DNA from: an uncultured Candidatus Binatia bacterium
GTDB taxonomy: Bacteria > Desulfobacterota > Binatia > Bin18
DNA length: 64,000 nt
Assembly: GCA_965200965.1 (NCBI GenBank)
Contig: OZ241744.1
Location: 2,336,001-2,400,000 of the forward strand
Reading direction: 5' to 3'
The stretch's first letter is position 1; the number at the start of each line of letters is the position of its first letter. The translations under genes were made by a program, and so were the position numbers. This document shows, one piece after another, positions 10,767 to 18,992 of the stretch. Under the pieces are notes generated by a model. That model was not told the DNA's origin and ran no database searches. It was given only the letters and a program-made list of their open reading frames with translations.

Positions 10767-10865
10767 AGGCGGTGTCCAAGCTGAGCTGGCACTGCACCGC
10801 AGCCGGACGATTCAGAGCGGGACACGCGCACGCGACTCGAGATGCCTGGCAGTGCCCGTTGCGTG

Positions 10866-12086
10866 CTAGACCTTTTTCTCCACCAGCACGCCAGCCTCCC
10901 GGAGTTGGCGCACCTCGTCCGGTGTCCGGCCCAGACAGGTCGTCAGTATCTCTTCGTTATGCTGGCCGAGCGTCGGGGCCACCAGCGGCAGCGGCTCGGG
11001 AAAGGCCGAGAACTTGAGCGGCATACCCGGTATCTCAAGGTCGCCGTGCAGCGGATCGCTGACCGTCCGCACCGTGCCTCTGGCCCGGTGGTGGGGGTGA
11101 TGCACGGTGTCGGCCACCGACAGCACCGGGGCAACCGGAACCCGGTGCTGCTCCAGATACTTGACGGCGCTCGGCACATCGGGGAAGGTCTGGAGCCAGT
11201 CCTCAAGCATGGTGACAATCTCGTCGCGCCGTTCCAGCCGCTTCATGTCGGTCGCATAGTCCGGGTGGCTGGCCAGTTCATCCCGGCCCAGCGCCTTGCA
11301 CAAGTCCTTCCAGTGGTGCAGCAGGGCCATGATGACCAGATAACCGCCCGTGCCCCGAAACACCCCGCACGGGCAGGCATAGGTCATGTAGCGGCCGCTG
11401 CGGGTCGGTTTGATTGTCCCGCCGCTGCCGCTGTAGGTTTCGACATTGGCCTCGTGGTAGTGGTAGTAGACATCGAGCAGGGCGACATCCAGATGCTGGC
11501 CAAGGCCGCTGCGGTCGCGGTAGCGCAGGGCCGACACAATCGCCAGCGCGGCGTGAACGCCGGTGCTGACATCGCCCAGCCCGACCAGCGGGATATAGGG
11601 CGCGTCGTCCGGCTCGCCAATCATGGACGTGACGCCCGAGTAGGCCTGGGCAATGTAATCGTAGCCGGGCGTAGCCGCCAGCGGGCCGCTCTGGCCCAGG
11701 GCCGAGATGGAGCACAGGATGATGTCGGACTTGAGGGCTTTGAGCCGGTCATAGCCCAGGCCCATAGTGGCAATCACCCCGGGCTTGAAATTCTCGACCA
11801 CCACATCAACCCGCGGCACGAGTTCGGCAAGCAGGGCCAAGCCCCGGGGGTCGCGCAGATTGACGCACAGGCTCTTCTTGCCCCGGTTCTGCTGGACATA
11901 GTACAGGCTGCGGTCGTTGCGGAAAACCGAGATACTGCGGACCATATCCCCGCCCGGGGCGGGTTCAACCTTGATGACCTCGGCCCCCATTTCCACCAGC
12001 ATGCGGGTACAGCTCGGGCCGGCCAGGGCGCGGGTCAGATCGAGAACACGCAAATCAGACAGCAGGTGATCCATTCCGTGGGGCAT
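10866..12086 (-). CDS. CaiB/BaiF family III CoA transferase
   Basis: RVLDLTRALAGP, GAEVIKVE, NRGKKS, VENFKPG, APTLGQHN. Confidence 0.93.
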   Translation of the reverse strand: MPHGMDHLLSDLRVLDLTRALAGPSCTRMLVEMGAEVIKVEPAPGGDMVRSISVFRNDRSLYYVQQNRGKKSLCVNLRDPRGLALLAELVPRVDVVVENFKPGVIATMGLGYDRLKALKSDIILCSISALGQSGPLAATPGYDYIAQAYSGVTSMIGEPDDAPYIPLVGLGDVSTGVHAALAIVSALRYRDRSGLGQHLDVALLDVYYHYHEANVETYSGSGGTIKPTRSGRYMTYACPCGVFRGTGGYLVIMALLHHWKDLCKALGRDELASHPDYATDMKRLERRDEIVTMLEDWLQTFPDVPSAVKYLEQHRVPVAPVLSVADTVHHPHHRARGTVRTVSDPLHGDLEIPGMPLKFSAFPEPLPLVAPTLGQHNEEILTTCLGRTPDEVRQLREAGVLVEKKV

Positions 12087-12104
12087 GGGTGTTCCTCCGG
12101 CTTG

Positions 12105-12884
12105 TCAGTCCCACATCAGTCCGCCGTCAACGTTGAAGGACTGACCGGTAATGTTCCGGGCCTCGTCCGAGGCCAGGAAGGCGGCCATGTTGGCGATGTC
12201 GTCCGGGGTGTTGGAACGCTTGAGCGGGATGGAGGCGTCCATGCGGGCCATTGCCTCAGCCTCGCTGATGCCCTCGCGCTCGGTGCGTTGCTGGAGCACC
12301 CGGTCGTACAGGCTGGTGCGGGTCGCGCCGGGACAGATGGCGTTGACGTTGATGTTGTGCCGGGCCAGTTGCGAAGCGCCGATGCGGGTCATGGCAATCA
12401 CCGCGCCCTTGGAGCCGGCATAGGCGATATTCGACGTGCCGCGAAAGCCTTTGCCGGCGATGGAGGCGATGTTGACAATCCGGCCCTCGTTGCGTTTGGC
12501 CATCTCACGGGCCACCTCCTGCATACAGAAAAAGACGCCTTTGGCATTGACCGCATGAATCCAGTCCCAGTCTGCCTCGCTCACATCAAAAAAGCCCAGG
12601 CTGCGGGTCACTCCGGCATTGTTGACCAGAATGTCGATCCGCCCGAAGGTCTCCACCGCCCTGGCGACCATAGCCCTGATATCGGCCAGCTTGCCCATAT
12701 CGGTCTTGACATACAGGCCGCGGCGGTCATGGGCGCTGATCCCGGCCGCGGTCTGTTGCCCGCTGGCCTCGTCAATCTCGGCCCCGACCACATGGGCCCC
12801 TTCCCTGGCGTAGCGCAGCGCGATCGCCTTGCCCATGCCGGTCCCGATCCCGGTGACAACCGCGATTTTGTCCTGCAACAGCAT
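12105..12884 (-). CDS. SDR family oxidoreductase
   Basis: TGIGTGMG, NNAG, YAGSK; start at MLLQDK after a GGAGG RBS. Confidence 0.92.
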   Translation of the reverse strand: MLLQDKIAVVTGIGTGMGKAIALRYAREGAHVVGAEIDEASGQQTAAGISAHDRRGLYVKTDMGKLADIRAMVARAVETFGRIDILVNNAGVTRSLGFFDVSEADWDWIHAVNAKGVFFCMQEVAREMAKRNEGRIVNIASIAGKGFRGTSNIAYAGSKGAVIAMTRIGASQLARHNINVNAICPGATRTSLYDRVLQQRTEREGISEAEAMARMDASIPLKRSNTPDDIANMAAFLASDEARNITGQSFNVDGGLMWD

Positions 12885-12898
12885 CGTCCTGCCTCCTT

Positions 12899-13945
12899 TC
12901 ATTTGTCCGGCGTGAACTCCGGCATGACTTCCCTGGCAAACAGTTCCAGCCCGGCCCTGGCGCGACCGATATCCCGCCCGCCGGCGTGAAAATAAAACGC
13001 GACCTGATCCAGCCCGAACTCGTCGTTCAACTCGGCCAGACGCCGCCGGCACTCGGCCGGGGTGCCGACCACGGCCCGCTCTTCGATCTGCTCGGGCATG
13101 GCCCGGACAAACTCCAGAAAGGCCCTGAACGGGTCGCCGGCCTGCATCCGGCTCAGCAGCCCGGGCGGGACGAACGAGGTGAACAGACTGGTATAGGCGC
13201 GGGTTGCCTCACGGCCCTCGCGGACCGCCCGGTTATGGTCGGGGTCAACAAACAGCCAGAAGATGAAGGTCATCCGTTTCTGCTCATGGCCATGTTCGGT
13301 GAGCCGGCGACGGTAATCCTCAACCCGCTTTCTGACCTTGGGGTGGGGGGCGGTCAGCCACGGCACGACAAAGGCGTTGTCGCCGGCAAGGGCGGCACGC
13401 TCATACGATTCCGGGCTGATTGTGCCCCGATAGATCGGCGGGTGGGGTTTCTGGACGGGTTTGGGGCCGACCGACACGGGCGGAACCTGCCAGAACGCGC
13501 CCTGATACTCCACCTGGTCCCGGGTCCAGGCCCGCCGGATGATCTCCAAAGACTCCTCATAGCGCGCCCGGCTCTCCTGCGGGTTGACGCCAAAGCCCTC
13601 AAAGTGCTTCTGAATAATGCCCCGTCCGACCCCGAAATTCAGCCGCCCGTCGCTCAGGATATCAAGCATGGCAAAGTCTTCGGCCTTGCGCAGCGGGTTG
13701 TCAAACGGCAGCAGGCTGATGGATGTGCCCAGACGAATCCGGGATGTTTCCCGCGCCAGGGCGGTCAGAAAGATCTGGGGGCTGGGACAGATCCCGAAGG
13801 CATAGAAGTGCTCCTCGCCAAACCACACCGAGTCAAAGCCGAGCCGCTCGGCGGCAACCGCGAGGGCGAGCGTATCGCGGTAGTACTGGGCCTCATTCTG
13901 GCGGTCGGGGAAAAAGTCAAACAGCGAGAACAGACCAAACTCCAC
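12899..13945 (-). CDS. LLM-class flavin-dependent oxidoreductase
   Basis: GFDSVWFGEEHF, RIRLGT, LDILSDGRLNFGVGRG, PKPVQKPHPP; GTG start after AGGAGGAG. Confidence 0.92.
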   Translation of the reverse strand: MEFGLFSLFDFFPDRQNEAQYYRDTLALAVAAERLGFDSVWFGEEHFYAFGICPSPQIFLTALARETSRIRLGTSISLLPFDNPLRKAEDFAMLDILSDGRLNFGVGRGIIQKHFEGFGVNPQESRARYEESLEIIRRAWTRDQVEYQGAFWQVPPVSVGPKPVQKPHPPIYRGTISPESYERAALAGDNAFVVPWLTAPHPKVRKRVEDYRRRLTEHGHEQKRMTFIFWLFVDPDHNRAVREGREATRAYTSLFTSFVPPGLLSRMQAGDPFRAFLEFVRAMPEQIEERAVVGTPAECRRRLAELNDEFGLDQVAFYFHAGGRDIGRARAGLELFAREVMPEFTPDK

Positions 13946-14083
13946 GCTCTCCTCCTGTGTGCAGCTCCGTCCTATCACCCCGGTTTGTGGTATCGCAAGC
14001 AGTCCGCCCTTGACTTGGCGCGTGCAGTGCGGGATAGTTCCGGGGCCACTGCTCCTGTTATTCTCTTTGGTGAAGGAGGACAT

Positions 14084-14737
14084 ATGAAGCTCTACAGCAC
14101 ACCGCTCAGCAATTTTGCCTCAAAGTGCCGCGTCGCCGCCTATGAAAAGGGTCTGGATATCGAACTGGTCGAGCCGCCGGGCGGGATGGGGTCCGACGAG
14201 TACAAGCAGATCAACCCCCTGGGCAAAGTCCCGGCCCTGGATACCGGCAGCCGGATCATCGCCGAATCCGAACTCATCAACGAGTATTTTGAGGACAGGT
14301 TCCCGGACAAGCCGCTGTTGCCCAGGGACCCGGAGGGGCGGGCCAGGGTGCGGAGCTTCACCCGGCTGCATGACCTGTATCTCGAGCCACCGCTACGCGC
14401 CTGCTTTCCAAAACTGCTCGGCCAGGAGCTTGAGCAGAGTTTCATTGACGAGAAGATGGCCGAGATTCAGGGCTGTCTCAACCACCTTGAATCACAACTC
14501 TCGGATGAGGGCTGGGCGGCCGGGGCTGACTTCAGCCTGGCCGACGCCGCCCTGACGCCGACCATTTTCTTCATGAACAACTTTCTGCCGGCCTTTGGTC
14601 AGAAGCCGGCAACTGAGGGACGCCCGAAACTGGCCGCCTGGTGGGCGAACATTCAAGAGCGGGCTTCTACCAGGCGGGTGCTGGCCGAGCAGGGAGCCGC
14701 CTTGGAGGCGCTGCAAAAACAGCAGCAGGGCGGCTGA
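14084..14737 (+). CDS. Glutathione S-transferase family protein
   Basis: MKLYSTPLSNF, INPLGKVPAL, ESELINEYF, FSLADAA; AAGGAGG RBS. Confidence 0.92.
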   Translation: MKLYSTPLSNFASKCRVAAYEKGLDIELVEPPGGMGSDEYKQINPLGKVPALDTGSRIIAESELINEYFEDRFPDKPLLPRDPEGRARVRSFTRLHDLYLEPPLRACFPKLLGQELEQSFIDEKMAEIQGCLNHLESQLSDEGWAAGADFSLADAALTPTIFFMNNFLPAFGQKPATEGRPKLAAWWANIQERASTRRVLAEQGAALEALQKQQQGG

Positions 14738-14832
14738 TTGTGTTGGGGCGGCCCACCCCTCTGGTGGGGAGGTGAGGCCGCACTGTGGCCGAACCGGCGG
14801 TTCTGCAATGACGCTGATGACCACCCCGGCGA

Positions 14833-15201
14833 TTATTGGCACTTGGGGTCACACGCCGCCATTGTATTGGCCGCGTCCCGCTCGCACGACTCGCTGGTCT
14901 CATAGGTATTGTTCTTTTCCAGGCAGTCGAGAATGTCATTGACCGGGACGGTGAGACAGTTGCGGTAGCAGACCGGCGAGGCGTTGCCGCCGGCGGCTTC
15001 GAGTTTGTCATTCATCCAGGTGGTAATCGCCCCGAAGCGGGCCAACACATTGGTCCCGCCCTCAGCCGCCGGCTCTGACGGACTATAGCCCTCGGGATAG
15101 TCCTGCTGAGCGCCGGCCCGGCCCGGGGCGACGAGACACACGGCCAGAACTGTTCCCAGGATGATTGCCTGCGCCAAGCTGCGGATTGGTTGCTGACCCA
15201 T
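14833..15201 (-). CDS. Secreted cysteine-rich small protein
   Basis: Signal peptide ending AGA-QQ; six C-terminal cysteines; GGAGGAG RBS. Confidence 0.7.
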   Translation of the reverse strand: MGQQPIRSLAQAIILGTVLAVCLVAPGRAGAQQDYPEGYSPSEPAAEGGTNVLARFGAITTWMNDKLEAAGGNASPVCYRNCLTVPVNDILDCLEKNNTYETSESCERDAANTMAACDPKCQ

Positions 15202-15247
15202 ACCTTCTCCTCCTCTTTCAGAATCGTCTTGTCTTCCATGCAACGCT

Positions 15248-15276
15248 ACTGTGCGCGATCCGGTTCAAGGTGTCAA
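15248..15276 (-). promoter_or_regulatory. sigma70-like promoter, copy 2
   Basis: Minus strand TTGACA-N17-CACAGT upstream of 15201; near-identical to 18924-18952. Confidence 0.6.
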
Positions 15277-15426
15277 CGATTCTCAGGCGCTTTGTCGGGA
15301 CAGCCTGCCCACCGGGGGCATAGCCTGGTCGGTCGTGGTGGTCAAGGGACGGACGGACGAGGCTATGCCGTTTTCTCTACACCCGTAGTCGCCCGGCTGG
15401 GCGGTAAATAACAGAAAGGAAAAACT

Positions 15427-16035
15427 ATGATCCGCTTTTTGTTCTTGCTCCTGATCAGTGCAGGCTTGCCCTTCCCAGCCCTTACAAGCGCGGGACACCG
15501 TGAAGAACCAGTCCACACCGCGGCGGTTCTTGAAACCCCGATGGGTGGAACCTATCAATCGGGGATCGGAGTTGTTAGAGGCTGGGCATGTGGCGCGTGG
15601 TATGCTAATAACCTCCCAAACATTGAGATCGTGCTTAGGCGTTATGATCCTAACGTTGCGGTATCCGAACAGCAACATCTCAGCACTATCCGCGCTCAAT
15701 ATGGCACCCCACGGGCGGACACGCAGCGGTTTTGCAGTCGGGAAGAAACAGGAAGATCAGGGACGGATAGCGGCTTTGTGGCCCTCGTGAACTGGAACCA
15801 AGTTGTTGCGGGCCTGCCGTCCTCTGATGACGGGACATATCTTATTGATGCCGAGCTCAGGATCAATGGCCATCCTTTGCTTGGGAATATCTTTACCGTC
15901 GTAACCCTGGGGCAAGAGTTTGTGAGGGGGGTAGAGCGGGATGTTACAGTTGATAACTTCCCATTTGAAGGCGAATCTGTAACCCTGATCTGGGACCAGA
16001 GCCGCCAGAACTTTTCTATCAAGGCATGGGATTGA
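15427..16035 (+). CDS. Secreted protein consisting of a single unnamed LExP..QSGIG..GWxC domain
   Basis: Signal peptide, AAAGGA RBS; aligns by eye with 16051-17049 and the matrixin C-terminus. Confidence 0.75.
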   Translation: MIRFLFLLLISAGLPFPALTSAGHREEPVHTAAVLETPMGGTYQSGIGVVRGWACGAWYANNLPNIEIVLRRYDPNVAVSEQQHLSTIRAQYGTPRADTQRFCSREETGRSGTDSGFVALVNWNQVVAGLPSSDDGTYLIDAELRINGHPLLGNIFTVVTLGQEFVRGVERDVTVDNFPFEGESVTLIWDQSRQNFSIKAWD

Positions 16036-16050
16036 TGCCCTCCCCTTGGC

Positions 16051-17049
16051 TTAGTAAAGCAGAAGTGTCATTGCATCTCCCGGGTCAGAATTTGGCGTAC
16101 CGTAGGCAACTGACACCAAGCTCCCCCGCTCTTGCATCCTGATGTCCAAAGTCACTTTGAAGCCCTCGATTCTGAACAAGGTAATGTTACCTAGCATGTA
16201 GGCATTGCTGCCATCTGCCTGTATCTGGCTCAACTCGATTCCTCTGCCGGGTAGAACCTTCGTCTGAAGCCACCTAAGCAAGCCCTCAGCATCAATCCAG
16301 AGGGTTAGCGTCGTGGTGGTGGGCCAGGCTTCCCGGCGGGAAGGGGGGCTTGACGTTGCTAGAGGCGTTGTAGTGGTGGGCGGTGTTAGCCCCGTAGCAT
16401 GCCATTCCCCGTTTGCGTCAACTTGGCTCGCCCGGGGGACGAACGTGGACAGGGTGATTGCCTGCGAGAAGCCGGTTGAGGGGGCGTTGACTAATCCGGG
16501 AGGGCAAGCAAGCGGCAGCTGACTGCCTTGACAGGGTTTCGGGCCTGGGCTACGGGTGGCCGCTGGAACGATGACAAAGTTCTGCACGGGCTGTTGCCAG
16601 CGAAGCGTTACAGTTTCACCAGGACCAGGGAAGTCCTCAACCGTCACATCCTTCTCTACATCCCTCACAAACTCTTCCCCCAGCGTGGTCACGGTGAACG
16701 AATGACGCCTGAGCGTCTGCCCATCTACGACAAGGGCGGCGGTGTGGGTCCCTTCCCCCATGAGATTCCAGTTCCAGATAGTCAGGAAGCCGTTGTTCTG
16801 ATCTCCGCAAGCCGCTTCCGTATCACCACGGGCCAAGCCGCGGGCGGTCACAGGCAAGCGTTGATCGCCGTTCAGGACAACCTCCACTACCTCCCCGGCG
16901 CATACCCAGCCGGAAATGAAGCCTATGCCGCTCTGAAATGAGCCGTTACCAGGGACTTCAAGGTTGCCGACTGGTACATCCTGGGCAAGCGCCGGCGCGA
17001 GAAGCGCGAGGCTGACGGTCAGGGCCATTGCAAGATTGAATTTTTTCAT
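16051..17049 (-). CDS. Secreted protein: same unnamed domain, Pro/Thr linker and unknown C-terminal region
   Basis: MKKFNLAMALTVSLALLAPALA signal; LEVPGNGSFQSGIGFISGWVC...QNFVIV. Confidence 0.75.
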   Translation of the reverse strand: MKKFNLAMALTVSLALLAPALAQDVPVGNLEVPGNGSFQSGIGFISGWVCAGEVVEVVLNGDQRLPVTARGLARGDTEAACGDQNNGFLTIWNWNLMGEGTHTAALVVDGQTLRRHSFTVTTLGEEFVRDVEKDVTVEDFPGPGETVTLRWQQPVQNFVIVPAATRSPGPKPCQGSQLPLACPPGLVNAPSTGFSQAITLSTFVPRASQVDANGEWHATGLTPPTTTTPLATSSPPSRREAWPTTTTLTLWIDAEGLLRWLQTKVLPGRGIELSQIQADGSNAYMLGNITLFRIEGFKVTLDIRMQERGSLVSVAYGTPNSDPGDAMTLLLY

Positions 17050-17084
17050 ACAGGCTGGAATATCCGGGGAGTTGGCCCGGTCAA

Positions 17085-17276
17085 GGCAGGGCGGAAGGAC
17101 GGCCCGGTTCATGACAACTCGGCCAAGAGCGCCCGGGCCTGCCCCACATCGACACTCTCTCCGGCTTCATCACGGCTCAGGCTCTCTTCCAACAGTTCAC
17201 GCGCCTCGGTCCATCGCCCCTGGGCCTGCCACATCCGGCTCAGGCCCAAGACCGCCCGCAGTTCCTACAGCTTGGC
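17085..17276 (-). repeat. 192-bp duplicate of 18969-19160 (3' end of the regulator gene), with a TGG>TAG stop
   Basis: Direct comparison shows 4 mismatches. Confidence 0.9.
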
Positions 17277-17290
17277 ATACTGTGGCCCTC

Positions 17291-17671
17291 TCATATCGTC
17301 CCCGCCCGGCTTGTGCTCAGAATGCTCTCGGCCGGAATGTCTTCAACCGACTCCATCAGATGCGCCAAGTACTCCCGATCTGTTGGACGGCAGGGGGCGA
17401 AAGTCACCCCGCAGTTGCCCATCACGACCGAGGTCACACCGTTCCAGCACGACGACAAGGCGACCGGGTCCCAGCTGATCTGGGCATCCAGGTGGGTATG
17501 AATATCAATAAAGCCCGGCGTCACCAAATGCCCGTCGGCATCAATCGTCCGTTTTGCCGGGCCGCTGACTGCGGTGATCCGGCCGCCCTGTCCGGCCACA
17601 TCGGCCCGGGACGACGGACGGCGCGTGCCGTCCACAACGGTTCCGGTCTGAATCACAGCATCGCAGGCCAT
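17291..17671 (-). pseudogene. Truncated N-acyl-D-amino-acid deacylase-like amidohydrolase (N-terminal fragment)
   Basis: GTVVDGT, PGFIDIHTH, GVTSVVMGNCG, MESVEDIP, then a stop at 126 aa beside the duplicated block. Confidence 0.8.
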
Positions 17672-17681
17672 CGTTCCTCCT

Positions 17682-18899
17682 CTAGGCTGCGTCCTGATCG
17701 AGCGCCGCTCTGGCTTTGCGTTTCACTTCGGGGTCGCTATCGCTGAGCAGGTGGCGAAGAATACGCCTGCCGCCCTCGGCCCCGAACTGCACGGCCCTGA
17801 TAACCAGGTCTTTTCTGACTTCGGAGGCCGAGTCCAGGACCAGAGCGCTCAGAATTCTCTCTCCCTCTTCCCCTCTCAGTTGGGTTGCGTACAGCGCCAG
17901 CGCTTTTCGCACCTCCGGGTCCGGGTCCAACAGCAGGACGCTTACTATGTTGTGGCGTTTGGTGTTGCAGGCCAGGTCACGCGGGCTGAAGGCCAGCGCT
18001 TTTCGCACCTCCGGGTCTGGATCCCGGGCCAGCCTGAGAAATGCGCTGTTCTTCGTCAGTTCTCCTAACTGGCAGACATGCAGGACAACCTCCACCCGGA
18101 CTTCAGGGTCCGGGTCGGTCATCAGCGTGTTGACAAGGGCTTCGCCGGCCGCGCCTCCCAACTGGCAGGCGCGCAGCACCACCACTTTCCTCACCTCCGG
18201 GTCTTCGTCACCCACCAGCCGGGACAGGACCCGCACCTCCGGCTCGCCCCCCAGTTGATGGGCCCCGGAAGCGGCCATGAACTTCACCGAGCGCTCTTCG
18301 TCTGGACTGGCCAGGGTCAGAAGCAGCTCGGTCGCCGCTTCTTCGCCCAAGAGGTGGGCATTGAGAGCGACATCGATGCGAACCTGGGTTTCCCGGTCCT
18401 GAAGGAGCAGGTCAAGAATTCGTCTGCCCCTTTCGTTTCCGAGTTTGCCGGCGTGTCGGGCGACCAATCGTCTCACAGCCAGGTCTTTGTCCTGAGACAG
18501 AAGAGCGAAAACCGCTTCACCCTCCCGGCCTCCCAGTTCAGCCGCTCTGACAGCCACTTCTTTTCTCACCTCAAGGCTCGGATCATTGGCCAGGCTGGTC
18601 AGAAACTGCTCCCCGACTTCGCCTCCCAGGAGACTGGCATACTGCGCCACCGTCTTTTTCACGGCAGGGACGGGATCATTGACCAGCAGGCTGAAAATCT
18701 CTCTCGCCGTCTCCTCTCCGGCTTGATAGGCGCTGAGAACGCTTCCCTCTCTGACTTCACTGGAAGTATGCCTGGCCAGGTCTTCCAGCTGCTTGAGGCG
18801 ATTCCGCTCCACCAGGGGGACCTGTTGGGCAGGGAGTTGCGGAGAAGGAAGGGAAAAGAAAAAAACTGTGACAACGAGGCAGGAGAAACGCTTTGTCAT
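17682..18899 (-). CDS. Signal-peptide-bearing HEAT-repeat protein
   Basis: Repeated L..DPDPEVRK units; hydrophobic N-terminus MTKRFSCLVVTVFFFSLP. Confidence 0.85.
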   Translation of the reverse strand: MTKRFSCLVVTVFFFSLPSPQLPAQQVPLVERNRLKQLEDLARHTSSEVREGSVLSAYQAGEETAREIFSLLVNDPVPAVKKTVAQYASLLGGEVGEQFLTSLANDPSLEVRKEVAVRAAELGGREGEAVFALLSQDKDLAVRRLVARHAGKLGNERGRRILDLLLQDRETQVRIDVALNAHLLGEEAATELLLTLASPDEERSVKFMAASGAHQLGGEPEVRVLSRLVGDEDPEVRKVVVLRACQLGGAAGEALVNTLMTDPDPEVRVEVVLHVCQLGELTKNSAFLRLARDPDPEVRKALAFSPRDLACNTKRHNIVSVLLLDPDPEVRKALALYATQLRGEEGERILSALVLDSASEVRKDLVIRAVQFGAEGGRRILRHLLSDSDPEVKRKARAALDQDAA

Positions 18900-18923
18900 T
18901 ATACCCTCATCCATTGCAGCGCT

Positions 18924-18952
18924 ACTGTGTACGATCCGGTTCAAGGTGTCAA
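18924..18952 (-). promoter_or_regulatory. sigma70-like promoter, copy 1
   Basis: Minus strand TTGACA-N17-CACAGT upstream of the HEAT gene. Confidence 0.6.
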
Positions 18953-18992
18953 CGATTCTCAGGCGCTTGGCGGGGCGGAAGGACGGCCCGGT

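Noticed and set aside
7932-12989. Long + strand ORFs 7932-9614, 9867-10676 and 10842-12989
   Set aside because: Antisense shadows of well-supported minus-strand genes in GC-rich DNA; no motifs.
12986-14083. Apparent 583-aa GST fusion, and likewise the N-terminal extensions at 24268, 57062 and 58612
   Set aside because: The extensions overlap other supported genes; recognisable domains begin only at downstream starts, most with a clear RBS.
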